Source: Acidimicrobiales bacterium (lineage in GTDB: Bacteria; Actinomycetota; Acidimicrobiia; Acidimicrobiales; Aldehydirespiratoraceae). From it: a stretch of 64,000 nucleotides of DNA. The notes below the pieces were generated by a model. It made no database searches. It saw nothing but the letters and a program-made list of their open reading frames with translations, and was not told where the DNA came from. Positions 36,862-47,717 of the stretch are shown here, piece after piece. The DNA lies in assembly GCA_963422745.1 (NCBI GenBank), contig OY730477.1, forward strand, positions 759,734 through 823,733, in the 5' to 3' direction. How positions within the stretch are numbered: position 1 is the first letter of the stretch; every line of letters starts with the position of its first letter. A program made the position numbers and the translations under genes.

Positions 36862-38058
36862 ATGATGATGGATCGCATCTCAAGGCGTGTAGGCGCCATC
36901 ACACCCTCGGCCACGCTCGCCGTGTCAGCCAAGGCGCGGTCCTTACGTGCCGCTGGAGAACATGTCATTGGTTTTGGTGCCGGAGAGCCCGACTTCGCCA
37001 CGCCTGCCCATATCGTTGAGGCCGCGGCGCGTGCATGTCGTGATCCCAGGAACCACAAGTACACCGCTGTCGGAGGATTGCCTGAGTTCAAAGAGGCGAT
37101 CGCGGCGAAGACCCTTCGTGACAGTGGTCTCGAAACCGACCCGGCATGCGTGTTGGTCACCAACGGCGGCAAACACGCCGTATACAACTGCTTCGAGGCG
37201 TTGCTGAACCCAGGCGAGGAGGTGCTGCTACCGGCACCGTACTGGACCACCTACCCCGAACCGATCGCCCTCGCTGGCGGAGTCGCAGTACCGGTCGTGA
37301 CCACGGCGGATGCCGGATTCCGGGTCACTCTTGAGCAACTCGAAAGCGCCCGCACGCCAGCCACCAAGGCGCTGGTATTCGTGTCGCCCTCCAACCCCAC
37401 TGGAGCGGTTTATCCCAAAGCAGAGATAGTTGCCATCGGTGAATGGGCCGTGAAGCACGGGATCTGGGTTGTGACCGACGAGATCTATGAGCACCTCGTC
37501 TACGGAGACAATGAGTTCCACTCGCTGCCCACCCTCGTGCCCGAGGTGCGCGATCACTGCGTGGTTCTCAACGGCGTGGCCAAGACCTACGCCATGACCG
37601 GATGGCGAGTCGGGTGGATGATCGGCCCGCCTGATCTGGTACGGGCTGCGCAGAACCTTCAGTCGCACTCCACCAGCAATGTGGCCAACGTCTCACAAGC
37701 GGCGGCTCTGGCGGCCGTTTCGGGCCCGCTCGACTCCGTGGCCGAAATGCGGGCCGCTTTCGACCGCCGTCGCCGAACCATGTATTCGATGCTGAGCGGC
37801 ATCGAAGGCGTGCACTGCGGTGAACCACAGGGCGCCTTCTACGCTTACCCGGACATGACGGGCGTTCTTGGTCGGCACTACGGAGCCGTCGCGGTCAACA
37901 CCACGATCGAGCTAGCCAGCGTGCTGTTGGATCGGGCCAAGGTCGCCATCGTTGCTGGCGAAGCGTTTGGTGTCGGCGGCGGTGCTCGTCTCTCTTTCGC
38001 CCTAGGCGATGACGACCTGCTCGAGGGCGTGCAGCGCATCGTCGATTTCCTGAGCTGA
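36862..38058 (+). CDS. aspC: Class I pyridoxal-phosphate aminotransferase (aspartate aminotransferase type)
   Basis: [21 protein letters not shown].., [16 protein letters not shown] and [13 protein letters not shown]. The track ORF start at 36706 lies inside the repeat array and was rejected. Confidence 0.8.
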   Translation: MMMDRISRRVGAITPSATLAVSAKARSLRAAGEHVIGFGAGEPDFATPAHIVEAAARACRDPRNHKYTAVGGLPEFKEAIAAKTLRDSGLETDPACVLVTNGGKHAVYNCFEALLNPGEEVLLPAPYWTTYPEPIALAGGVAVPVVTTADAGFRVTLEQLESARTPATKALVFVSPSNPTGAVYPKAEIVAIGEWAVKHGIWVVTDEIYEHLVYGDNEFHSLPTLVPEVRDHCVVLNGVAKTYAMTGWRVGWMIGPPDLVRAAQNLQSHSTSNVANVSQAAALAAVSGPLDSVAEMRAAFDRRRRTMYSMLSGIEGVHCGEPQGAFYAYPDMTGVLGRHYGAVAVNTTIELASVLLDRAKVAIVAGEAFGVGGGARLSFALGDDDLLEGVQRIVDFLS

Positions 38059-38076
38059 ACTTAGGCGGCGTCGACA

Positions 38077-40175
38077 ATGAACAGTAACGATCCGGTCATC
38101 GCTGGATACGGCGCATGGCCCTCGCCGATCTCAGCGGCAGACCTGGTATCGGGGGCTGTCGGCATCAGCGAGGTATGCGTTGACGGAACCGACATCTGGT
38201 GGGCTGAGAGTCGCCCCAACGAAGCAGGCCGCACAGCGGTCATGCGGTGGGGCAACGGACAAACCACCGAGATGACACCCCCCGGGGCCAACGTTCGCAC
38301 ACTCGTTCACGAATACGGCGGCGGCGCGTGGTGGGCGGATCGGGGCGTGTTGTACTACGTTGACTACTCCGATCAGCGTCTCCGGCGGCTCGAACCCGGC
38401 CAAGACGCAGTGATGCTCACGCCTGAGCCGCCGATCAAGCGGGGTCTGCGCTACGCCGACGGGCGGGTCAGCCCAGACGGGCGCTGGTTCGTCTGCGTCC
38501 GTGAACGTCACAGTGGATGTCCTGACGAAACGCTGACGCCAAGAACCGATGCCGGTGTTGGTGGGTCGGCGAATGAATCGACATTGGCCGGTGGCGAGAA
38601 TTCGGCAGCGGAACCAATCAACGAACTCGTCGCCGTGGCCACGGACAGCTCCGGGATCGTCAATGTCTTGTGGGCTGGTGCGGACTTCGTGTCGTCGCCG
38701 AGGATCTCACCCGACGGAACACTGATCGCCTGGGTGTCCTGGGACCACCCCAACATGCCCTGGGATGCCACCACCTTGAGAGTGCACCAATTCTCCAGAG
38801 GCTGCCTCGGACCCGTTGTGTTTGCGATCGGCAACGGCACGGAGTCCTGGCTGCAACCAGACTGGACCCCCAACAATGAACTACTGGCCTGCAGTGACCG
38901 CAACGAATGGTGGAGCCTTTACCGGATCAATGTCTCCGGGATCGATCCGGCGACTCGTGGTCCAGAGCCGGTGATCAAGCCGGTGATCGCAGGACCCTAC
39001 GACATCGCCACGCCGCCGTGGGTGTTCGGTATGCAGCGTTGGGCTGTAGACGGCTCTCACACCGTTGCCGTGGCCGCGATCAACACGGGCGACGAATTGG
39101 TGATTAACGGTGCAACCGTGGCGACCGTCGACACGTCGATCGAGTGCCTTCGTGCCATCTCCGAAGGCGTCGTATACGCCGGCTCGGGATACGGCAGCGA
39201 GACCGAGGTAGTGCGGCTGAGGATCCGTGAACGAGGTATCGAACGAGAGGTGATTTCCTCGAAGCGTGCACTGCCGGTCGGCACCGATTATCTCATCGAG
39301 CCCGAGTCCATTACGTTTCGGACCGGTACCACGCACGGTGCCACCGGTGAGGAAAGCCGCACCGATTCCTCTGGTGATTGTGCTGGCTCTCCCGTCGCTC
39401 ATGGCCTGTATTACCGGCCCACCAACCCCGATCACGTCGGAGCGCCCGACGAGCGTCCACCACTGCTGGTGCTCGCTCACGGAGGGCCAACCGGGCGTGC
39501 GAGACGCACGCTCCAACTGGCATCCTGTACTGGACATCGAGAGGTATCGCAGTGGTGGATGTTGATTACCGTGGATCCACGGGCTACGGACGGACCTATC
39601 GCCGTGCCTTGGAAGGCCAATGGGGGATTGCCGACGTTGAGGATTGCGTCTCAGCAGCCCGGTTCCTCGCCGAGCGTGGAGACGTGGATCCCGACCGGAT
39701 GATGATCCGCGGTGGCAGCGCGGGAGGGTTCACGGTCCTCTCCGCGCTTGCGTTTCACGATGTTTTTGCCGCCGGCGCCAGCCGCTACGGAGTAGCCGAT
39801 CTCGAAGCCCTCGCCACCGACACACACAAGTTCGAGTCTCGTTATCTCGACACGCTGATCGGTCGCTGGCCTGAGGACAAACAAACTTACGAACGTCGTT
39901 CGCCGATCAACCATCTCGAGCGGTTCAACACTCCAATGATCGTGCTTCAAGGAGCAGAAGATGTCATCGTGGCGCCAAACCAATCGGAGATGGTCGTGGC
40001 GGCTCTGCAGGAGCGATCCGTGCCCGTGTGCTACTTGCTCTTTGAAGGGGAACAGCACGGCTTCAGAAGGGCCGAATCGTTGATCACGGCCTTGGAAGCC
40101 GAACTCCGTTTCTTTGGTGAGATCCTCGGTTTTATTCCCGATGGGAACCTGCCCGACATCAAGATGCTGCGCTGA
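38077..40175 (+). pseudogene. S9 (prolyl oligopeptidase/acylaminoacyl peptidase family) serine peptidase with an N-terminal beta-propeller; apparent frameshift near 39505-39520
   Basis: ORF 38077..39702 ends ..LVLAHGGPTGRARRTLQL then becomes nonsense. ORF 39378..40175 picks up GILYWTSRGIAVVDVDYRGSTGYG.., GGSAGGF (Ser) and a late EGEQHGF (His). Confidence 0.75.
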
Positions 40176-40295
40176 AGGTATCGTCGTTGCACTGTCGCCG
40201 CGGAGTTGTCGCAAAGCGTCACCTTGGCATCAAGCACAGATTGGCATCAAGCACAGACAATTCCGGGACGGGTTGTCGTTAACACAGATGGACGA

Positions 40296-41282
40296 ATGTC
40301 GAGGGTTGTAGTAACCGAATCGATTGCCGAGGCCGGTCTGCGGTTGTTGCGCGAAGCGGGCCACGAAGTCGTGGAACGCCTTGATCTAACGCCAGCGGAG
40401 GTGATTGCTTCGGTCGCCGATGCCGAAGTGCTGATCGTACGCTCGGCTACCAAGATTACATCCAACGTGATTGCGGCAGCACCGAAACTTCGTGTCATCG
40501 GCCGAGCCGGGGTCGGGCTCGACAATGTTGATGTCGTCGCTGCAACCAACTCAGGAGTGATCGTCGTCAATGCCCCTTCCGCCAACGTTATCTCGGCAGC
40601 CGAGCACACCATGGCGCTTCTCTTGGCCGTTGCCCGAAATGTGCCGCAGGGCCATTCCGCCCTGCTCGACGGCCGATGGGAACGCGAACTCTGGGGAGGC
40701 GTTGAACTTCACGGCAAGACCCTCGCCATCATCGGTCTGGGCCGAATAGGCCAACTCGTGGCGCAGCGCGCGCAGGCGTTCGAGATGAGGCTTATCGGTT
40801 ACGACCCATTTGTGTCGCCCGACACTGCCGCAGAGTTTGGTGTGCTGCACCTAGGGATGGATGAACTGGTTGACCAGGCCGACTTCTTGACCTTGCACGT
40901 AGCCCTGACGCCCGAAACGTTGGGACTCATCGGGCAGGAATTCCTAGCGCGTGCCAAACCCAACCTACGGGTAATCAACGTGTCTCGGGGTCCAGTGATT
41001 GACGAGGTTGCCCTTGCCGAAGCGATCCGCTCCGGGGTGATCGCAGGAGCAGCCCTTGACGTGTTCGAAAACGAGCCCTGCACCGACTCCCCCCTGTTTG
41101 GATTGCCGGGGGTGGTGGTCACACCGCACCTAGGTGCAAGCACCGAAGATGCGCAGATCCGTGTGGGCGTCACGATCGCAGAACAAGTGAACTTGGCTCT
41201 AGCGGACAAGCACGCCGACAACGTGATCAACCCGGAGGCATCCGTGAATCGGGTTCCACGCGCAAATATGCGGACCCCTTAG
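40296..41282 (+). CDS. D-isomer-specific 2-hydroxyacid dehydrogenase (phosphoglycerate dehydrogenase-like, no ACT domain)
   Basis: GLGRIGQLVAQR (NAD fold), INVSRGPVID and VVTPHLGAST. Confidence 0.75.
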   Translation: MSRVVVTESIAEAGLRLLREAGHEVVERLDLTPAEVIASVADAEVLIVRSATKITSNVIAAAPKLRVIGRAGVGLDNVDVVAATNSGVIVVNAPSANVISAAEHTMALLLAVARNVPQGHSALLDGRWERELWGGVELHGKTLAIIGLGRIGQLVAQRAQAFEMRLIGYDPFVSPDTAAEFGVLHLGMDELVDQADFLTLHVALTPETLGLIGQEFLARAKPNLRVINVSRGPVIDEVALAEAIRSGVIAGAALDVFENEPCTDSPLFGLPGVVVTPHLGASTEDAQIRVGVTIAEQVNLALADKHADNVINPEASVNRVPRANMRTP

Positions 41283-41307
41283 GCAATTATGCCGACCCCT
41301 TAGGGGC

Positions 41308-41820
41308 TCAGCGTTTGGCGGCGCGATAACCGTCGGACTCGGCATCCGCCGACGTGGCGTAGCAACGCCACGGCACGGTCCGGTCGTAGAACGCACCTCC
41401 TTGAACATGGAAAACCATTGAACCTTCGGTGACCTTGACCGGATGATCAATAGGGCATTGATTGTTGATGGGCTGTACCCATGGTGTTGAGGACTTCACC
41501 GTGGCATCGGTCGGGGTTTCGGTGCCGGGCAAGGTGTTGGTGTTGGATGGTGTTGTTGGGTGTGCGCTGGCTGTGGCATTGGTTTCGTCGGTCTTCACGG
41601 TGGCGTCGGTCTCGGTCGTGGGAGTCGGCGTCTGGAAGTGAACAGGTTCCAAACGTTGGGGGTGACCGGGTTCGTCCACGAGTGCAGGCCAGGTTGGCGC
41701 ACCTGTCGGCTTGGGCTTTCTGGGCAGTCTCAACGCCCGGGCGATGCCCACCACAACGGCCGCCAACAAGCCAGCGCTCGCGATTCGGGCAACGCGTGAA
41801 CAAGCAGATCTCATAGCCAA
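41308..41820 (-). CDS. Membrane-anchored Thr/Pro-rich protein with a C-terminal sunset-type domain
   Basis: N-terminal TM segment, low-complexity T/P linker, and C-terminus CPIDHPVKVTEGSMVFHVQGGAFYDRTVPWRCYATSADAESDGYRAAKR. Confidence 0.55.
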   Translation of the reverse strand: MAMRSACSRVARIASAGLLAAVVVGIARALRLPRKPKPTGAPTWPALVDEPGHPQRLEPVHFQTPTPTTETDATVKTDETNATASAHPTTPSNTNTLPGTETPTDATVKSSTPWVQPINNQCPIDHPVKVTEGSMVFHVQGGAFYDRTVPWRCYATSADAESDGYRAAKR

Positions 41821-41926
41821 ATGCTAGTTGCCGATCTGGTTGTACTGGTCACCAACGCTGTTGACAACAGTTTAGGTTCCCCTTGGGCTTGGGTCATCCT
41901 TTCAGCTATCGGAATCGACAAGAACG

Positions 41927-44323
41927 TCACCCTATTTCGATGACGTCAAGCCGTGCGAGACTTGTGAGGTCGTTGACCTGGATACGGGCGGGTGCTAAAG
42001 CGCTAGGCCCACGGCGTCCACTTATTGACCAGAGTTCATCGCGATCAATCACCATGGTGCGACCGATAGCCCACAGCGGGTCCCTGGAGTGCACTCCTCC
42101 CCAGCAAATCACTATGTGCTTGTCGTCAAAGCTAGCTCCCATTGTTTCGATAATCTCAACTATTCCGATCATCTGAATTAGATCATTTCTTTCGGAGCAG
42201 TCCTTGTTGGCCAACTGAGACAGGTCTTCGGAGTCGCAGATCAAGACGCCGACGCCGTCATCGGCAAAAGATTGATATAGGTCAATCCCGGTCTGTGAAC
42301 CCAGGTTTCTCAGTTGCTCTTCGGTGATGTGATCACAGTCGGTGTTGATGAGAATGGAGTTGTCATGGTCGATGCGGCCGACCTCTATGAGTTCGCTACC
42401 GTCGACTCGCAGTATCACTGCGCCAGCCCACGGCATCACTGCGCCAGCCCACGGCATCACTGCGCCAGCCCACGGCCTGTCCTGCGCGGGAATGATGGCG
42501 ATTTGTTCAGGCTCCCACCAGTTGAAGGCCCGGTGGTCCCAGCCGATATCAGACCTCCCGTCGGGCAGAGCCCAAACCGCGACCTCGCGTGGATCTGCGG
42601 GATCGTTCACATCAAACAGCGACACCTTGGAGCCTGTTACCTGTCCTTGCTCGGTTGCGGTGGAGCCGACGCCGAGGACTCTGCCGTTGCCGATCGGGTG
42701 GAGGTAACTTGAGAAACCCGGGATCTTGAGTTCGCCGACCACAAGTGGGTTGGTGTGATCGCTGAGATCAAGCGTATAGAACGGGTCGATTTGTTCAAAG
42801 GTGACGACGTAGCCGACGTCGCCCACAAGCCGTACCGACTGCACGGCCTCGCCCTTGCCCATGTTACCAACGGAGCCGACCTCAACCAGATCGCCGTCGT
42901 CTTCGCGCAGGATCCGTAGGAAGGTCTCTGAAGATCCCTCCCATGGTCTACCCGTGGTTGTAACCACCCGCAAGTGGCCGTCGTATTCCGACATCGAGAA
43001 CTGATTGTGTAGGTAACCCGGAATCGATCCCGAGGCGGTGTAGGCGGCACTGTCGGCGGATAGTTCGAAGCGGTGGATGGAGGTTCGGTAATTGTCGAGT
43101 GCTTGTCGTAATGCTTCGGGATCTTCCTCGAAAGCCGCGGTGTCGATCCAGGATTGCGTTGTGACAAAGATCGATTCCGGGGAGGCATAGATCTTCTTTC
43201 CAGGAGCCAGAACAGCGGTGGTGGTGCCGGTGTCGATCGCTCCGTCGATTGGGATGCTCAGCACCGAAACCACTCCGAAACCGGCGAACTCGGTAGGGGC
43301 GTGCACTTGCTCACAAGTTGTGAGTAGCTCCTCTTGATTGGTGGATCCGTCGCTATCGAAACTCACAAAATGAGGAAGCCAATCCGATAATTCCGAATTC
43401 ATGACCGACTCCCTATTTGTCTGAGTGGCGGCATCAACACGGCGGTCATCGGATGGATCCGATGGGTAGACGAACCCCAACCTGTGGGGCTGGCTTCGCA
43501 GGATGATCCGGGCGACACCATTGATCGATCGGGCATTCACGTAGCTGCCCTCAACGACGATGCCGGACACCAGCACAGGATCGCTGTCAGTTATTTTGAC
43601 TCTGCTGATCAGGGTCAGGTAAATATTGTAGGAAGTGTTCTTCGGGAAGAGCTGGGCCCAGTTTTTGTCGTTGCGACGCGACGTCTGAGAGACGATCAGC
43701 AAGTCGTCGCCGTTCAGGAACATCTCAATGCCATAATCGGCCCAGGCCTTGTCCCGAAGGTCCAACGTGCCGGTGATTGATCGTTGTTGGGCGTCAATCA
43801 CGACCAGTTGTTGATCGGCAAGCACCAAGACCCGCTTTCCGTCGGTCTTGATCATGTCGGCCTCTTCGACACCGATCTCCGCGACGTTCGTTCCCGAGAA
43901 GTTGACGCCAGCCAACATCGCGGGGCCGGTCGCTGCAGCAGCCTGAGGAGAGCTGGCTGCGGATTCCGCTTCATCTTGTGCGTCAGCCAACGCATCGGGT
44001 TCCGTGGCATCATCCATGAGGTACCAATCCGGTGACATGAATCCGTATGGTCCGACCCGCTTGGCCGCGGCAGTCCGAAGATGCTCTAGCAGATCGTCGC
44101 AATTCGCGAAGCCCGACAAGGTGGATGTGAGTCGGATTTCTGAGCTGTTGGGTGCGGTATCGGCAGGGGCTGGATCAGCGCCCAGAGATCGAGGATCATC
44201 GCCACGACAAGCTGCCGTGGCGACGGTAATTACGGCGATCATGAGCATCGCCCGACGGGCTCGTATTGCACGACTGGCTCGTGGTTTGAGCCAAGCGATC
44301 ATTGTGGGCATGGATATGCTCAT
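41927..44323 (-). CDS. Beta-propeller domain lipoprotein (Pfam Beta_propel-type secreted protein), paralog A
   Basis: Signal ..MLMIAVITVATAAC. FSGTNVAEIGVEEADMIKTDG, HNQFSMSEYDGHLRVVTT and VGYVVTFEQIDPFYTLDLSDHTNPLVVGELKIPGFSSYLHPIG. The ATG at 44323 has GAGGT upstream. Confidence 0.7.
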   Translation of the reverse strand: MSISMPTMIAWLKPRASRAIRARRAMLMIAVITVATAACRGDDPRSLGADPAPADTAPNSSEIRLTSTLSGFANCDDLLEHLRTAAAKRVGPYGFMSPDWYLMDDATEPDALADAQDEAESAASSPQAAAATGPAMLAGVNFSGTNVAEIGVEEADMIKTDGKRVLVLADQQLVVIDAQQRSITGTLDLRDKAWADYGIEMFLNGDDLLIVSQTSRRNDKNWAQLFPKNTSYNIYLTLISRVKITDSDPVLVSGIVVEGSYVNARSINGVARIILRSQPHRLGFVYPSDPSDDRRVDAATQTNRESVMNSELSDWLPHFVSFDSDGSTNQEELLTTCEQVHAPTEFAGFGVVSVLSIPIDGAIDTGTTTAVLAPGKKIYASPESIFVTTQSWIDTAAFEEDPEALRQALDNYRTSIHRFELSADSAAYTASGSIPGYLHNQFSMSEYDGHLRVVTTTGRPWEGSSETFLRILREDDGDLVEVGSVGNMGKGEAVQSVRLVGDVGYVVTFEQIDPFYTLDLSDHTNPLVVGELKIPGFSSYLHPIGNGRVLGVGSTATEQGQVTGSKVSLFDVNDPADPREVAVWALPDGRSDIGWDHRAFNWWEPEQIAIIPAQDRPWAGAVMPWAGAVMPWAGAVILRVDGSELIEVGRIDHDNSILINTDCDHITEEQLRNLGSQTGIDLYQSFADDGVGVLICDSEDLSQLANKDCSERNDLIQMIGIVEIIETMGASFDDKHIVICWGGVHSRDPLWAIGRTMVIDRDELWSISGRRGPSALAPARIQVNDLTSLARLDVIEIG

Positions 44324-44537
44324 GGTTACCTCAGATCCGTGAGATCGACTGGACATATAGCTAAGACCCATACAACTAAGACGAAGTGCAGCCCTGTCTG
44401 GTTCCCGCCTGATTCTTGTATCTCGCTGGCCGTGATTTGTCGACGAGGTCCTCAATGCTCCAGCTGGCTGCGCTCCCGCAGGCTACGACGGACTCATCGG
44501 ACACGTGAGGTCTTGGTTCCCGAGGTGATGATAGGAC

Positions 44538-47048
44538 TCAGCCGATTTCTATTGCGTCAAGGCGGGCCAGGCTGGTTAGGTCATTGATCTGGACTCGGGC
44601 GGGTTGGCTTGAGTCGACTCTCCAGCGTCCGCTGATTGACCAGAACTCGTCGCCGTCAATCACCATGGTACGGCCGATTATCGGCATTCGCTCGGTGGGC
44701 CAACACAAAGCAATAGTCTCACTGTCGGTGAAGTCGATTCCGACCCATTCGGCTTCCTCGCTCAGGAATTCGTCCGCGAAGCATTCGTATCCGGTTACCT
44801 GAGTGCGATCGTCGGGTCCACATATGATGACCTGACCGACATCTTGCGACGTGCTTTCCAGCACGGTCTTTTCCAGTAGGGACTTTATGTTCTCGTTCTC
44901 GCCGACGTGGATGTCATCTGCGGTGACAAAGGTGCAGTCCGTCCTGCCGAGAATGTCGGTATCGGAAGTGTCGTGGTCGATTCGGCCGGTTTCAATGATC
45001 TCGTTGCCGTCGATACGCAGCACCACAGCGCCCGCCCAACTGCTGATGTGATCCTCGGTGTATGTTTCAAACGGTATGACGGCCACTTGTTCGGGTTCCC
45101 ACCACAAGAAACTGTGGTGGTCCCAGCCGATATAGGACCACCCGTCGGGCAGAGTCCAAACCGCGACCTCGCGAGGATCTGCGGGATCGTTCACATCAAA
45201 CAGCGATACCTTGGAGCCTGTTACCCGTCCTTGCTCGGTTGCGTCGGAGCCGACGCCGATGACACGACCGTTGCCGATCGGGTGGAGATAGCTGGAGAAA
45301 CCCGGGATCTTGAGTTCTCCGACCACCCGGGGGTCTGTGTGGTCGCTGAGATCCAAGGTGTAGAACGGGTCAACCTGTTCAAAGGTGACGACGTATCCGA
45401 CGTCGCCGATTAGTCGCACCGACTGCACAGTTTCGCCCTTGCCCATGTCGCCTACCGAGCCGATCTCAATCAGCTCACCTTCGCTCTCGCGCAGGACACG
45501 CAGGAAGGTCTCTGAGGATCCATCCCACGGATCGCCGGTGCTGGTAACCACCCGGAGATGGCCGTCGTATTCCGACATCGAGAACTGATTGTGCAGGTCG
45601 CCTGGGACGGACCCCGAAGCAGTGTAGGCGGCGCTGTTTGATGACAGCTCGAACCGGTGGATCGCGGTTTCACGAGCTTCCAATGCTCGCTGGGAGATAT
45701 CAGGGTCCTCTGCAGAGGCTGCGACGTCGATCCATGCCTGCGTGGCAACGAACACAGACTGGGTGGAGGCGTAGGTCATTTCGCCGGGGGCTAGCACGGC
45801 TGTGGTAGTGCCAATGTCGATATCGCCATCCACCGGGATGCTCAGCACCGACAACACACCGAATCCGGCAAACACGGTGGGGACATGAACCTGCTCACAA
45901 CCCAACAGTGATGTGCTGGTCTCCTCGTAGCCGCGGTTATCGAACCGCACGGTGCGAGGTAGCCAATCCGACAGCTCGGTAGCAAGTACCGCTTCGCGGT
46001 TGATTCGTGTGGCCGCATCGTGTCCCTGTTCGTTCTCCGGGTAGACGAACCCCAGATTGTGGTCGGGATGGCTTCGCACGATTATGCGGGCGACACCGTC
46101 GATCGATCGGGAATCCACGTAGCTGCCCTCAATGACAAGGCCCGATACCAGCACAGGATCGCCATCGGTCAACTCAACTCTGCTGATCAAGGTCAGGTTG
46201 GTTTGATCGTCAATGTCGTCGGGAAGGGCCCGGACTTGTGGTTCGGGGTCGTAGCTTGGCCACTGCTGTGAGACGATCAGCAGGTCATCGCCTTGCAGGA
46301 ACATCTCTGTGCCTGAATCTGCCCAGGCCTTTTCTCTGAGCTTCAATCTGCCGGTGACCAGTCGCTGTTGGGCGTCGATCACGACCAGTTCGTCGTTGGC
46401 GAGAACCAAGACCCGTTTCCCGTCTGTCTTGATGAGGTCGGCTTCGTCAACACCAATCTCAGCCACGTTCGTTCCCGAGAAATTCACACCGAATAATGGC
46501 CCTGAGTTGTCCGAATCCAATGCTGCGTCCGCGCTGCGGTTTACCCGAACTCCCGAAGCAGCACTGCTGGCAGGCCCCGTGCCAGCTTCCGTGCCGCCCA
46601 TCTGCGGGCCGAACCCGCCGCTTGAGTCGAATCCGTAGGGACCGACCCTTGCTGCTGCGGTGGTATGGATGTGCTGGAGCAGATCGTCGCAGTTCCCGAA
46701 GTTCGAAAGGGTGGACGTGAATCGGATTTCCGAGTGGGCTGGCACAATCCCCGCAAGCTCGCCTGTGCTGGGATCGGTGACAGAGGGATCCGCGCCACTC
46801 GGATTGGTGCCTAGCGACAGGGGGTCATCGCCTCTACACGCTGCCGCAACGACCGTAGCGATGGCGATCGTTAGAACCGCCAGGCTTGCACGCAGCCTTG
46901 ACCTAGACGTTGATTCGGGTTTGCTCATGGGTTTGCCCAGCGACTCGGGTTTGCTCATGGCGGGTTTGCTCATGGCGACTTTGCCCAGTGAGGCGACTTT
47001 GCTCATGGCGGGTTTGCTCATGGCGACTTTGATCCTGACTTGAGTCAA
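44538..47048 (-). CDS. Beta-propeller domain lipoprotein, paralog B (start uncertain; MSKP-repeat N-terminus)
   Basis: Colinear with paralog A. Signal ..LAVLTIAIATVVAAAC. Several in-frame ATGs lie in a short-repeat region at 46905..47030. Confidence 0.7.
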   Translation of the reverse strand: MTQVRIKVAMSKPAMSKVASLGKVAMSKPAMSKPESLGKPMSKPESTSRSRLRASLAVLTIAIATVVAAACRGDDPLSLGTNPSGADPSVTDPSTGELAGIVPAHSEIRFTSTLSNFGNCDDLLQHIHTTAAARVGPYGFDSSGGFGPQMGGTEAGTGPASSAASGVRVNRSADAALDSDNSGPLFGVNFSGTNVAEIGVDEADLIKTDGKRVLVLANDELVVIDAQQRLVTGRLKLREKAWADSGTEMFLQGDDLLIVSQQWPSYDPEPQVRALPDDIDDQTNLTLISRVELTDGDPVLVSGLVIEGSYVDSRSIDGVARIIVRSHPDHNLGFVYPENEQGHDAATRINREAVLATELSDWLPRTVRFDNRGYEETSTSLLGCEQVHVPTVFAGFGVLSVLSIPVDGDIDIGTTTAVLAPGEMTYASTQSVFVATQAWIDVAASAEDPDISQRALEARETAIHRFELSSNSAAYTASGSVPGDLHNQFSMSEYDGHLRVVTSTGDPWDGSSETFLRVLRESEGELIEIGSVGDMGKGETVQSVRLIGDVGYVVTFEQVDPFYTLDLSDHTDPRVVGELKIPGFSSYLHPIGNGRVIGVGSDATEQGRVTGSKVSLFDVNDPADPREVAVWTLPDGWSYIGWDHHSFLWWEPEQVAVIPFETYTEDHISSWAGAVVLRIDGNEIIETGRIDHDTSDTDILGRTDCTFVTADDIHVGENENIKSLLEKTVLESTSQDVGQVIICGPDDRTQVTGYECFADEFLSEEAEWVGIDFTDSETIALCWPTERMPIIGRTMVIDGDEFWSISGRWRVDSSQPARVQINDLTSLARLDAIEIG

Positions 47049-47123
47049 CTATACGACATTGCGACGTTATGGGTCTCCGGTTTGGTTCCTGTCAGCGGCC
47101 GGATCGCCACATCTGCGACTCGA

Positions 47124-47717
47124 TCAGTTCGTTACCGGTAGCCATTTCTGCCGCTGTGACTCAAAAGCCGAGATGTCGGATACATGGCGCATCGTCACGG
47201 AGATATCGTCAAGGCCTTCCAGAAAGCGTTCGCGTGTGGCTTGATCCATAGCGAAAGCGGCCTCGAACTGCATTGCAGGAACCTCCACGGTCAGTCGTGC
47301 GACGTCAACCGTGATCTCGATTGTCGGGTCGACCTCAACGGCTTGCATCAGCGCCGCGCAGACATCGGCGTCCAGCGTCACCGGCACCAAACCGTTCTTG
47401 GTGCAGTTGTTGGCGAAGATGTCGGCGAAGCGTGGGGACATCACGGCTTCGAATCCGGACTGTTGTATAGCCCACACGGCATGTTCGCGTGAGGACCCAA
47501 TGCCGAAGTCGGCACCGGCAAGCAGGATACGCGCTCCGGCATATCTCTCATCGTTGAACACAAAGCCGCGATCGTCGCGCCACTCCGAGAACAAGCCCTT
47601 CTCAAAGCCTGTGCGCTCAATCCGTTTCAACCAGTCCGATGGGATGATCTGGTCGGTGTCGACGTTGGTGCGGTTCAGTGGCAACGCAGTGCCGCTGACA
47701 ATGTGAACCGCCTTCAT
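47124..47717 (-). CDS. leuD: 3-isopropylmalate dehydratase small subunit
   Basis: [26 protein letters not shown].. and [13 protein letters not shown]. Its ATG overlaps the leuC stop (ATGA). Confidence 0.9.
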   Translation of the reverse strand: MKAVHIVSGTALPLNRTNVDTDQIIPSDWLKRIERTGFEKGLFSEWRDDRGFVFNDERYAGARILLAGADFGIGSSREHAVWAIQQSGFEAVMSPRFADIFANNCTKNGLVPVTLDADVCAALMQAVEVDPTIEITVDVARLTVEVPAMQFEAAFAMDQATRERFLEGLDDISVTMRHVSDISAFESQRQKWLPVTN

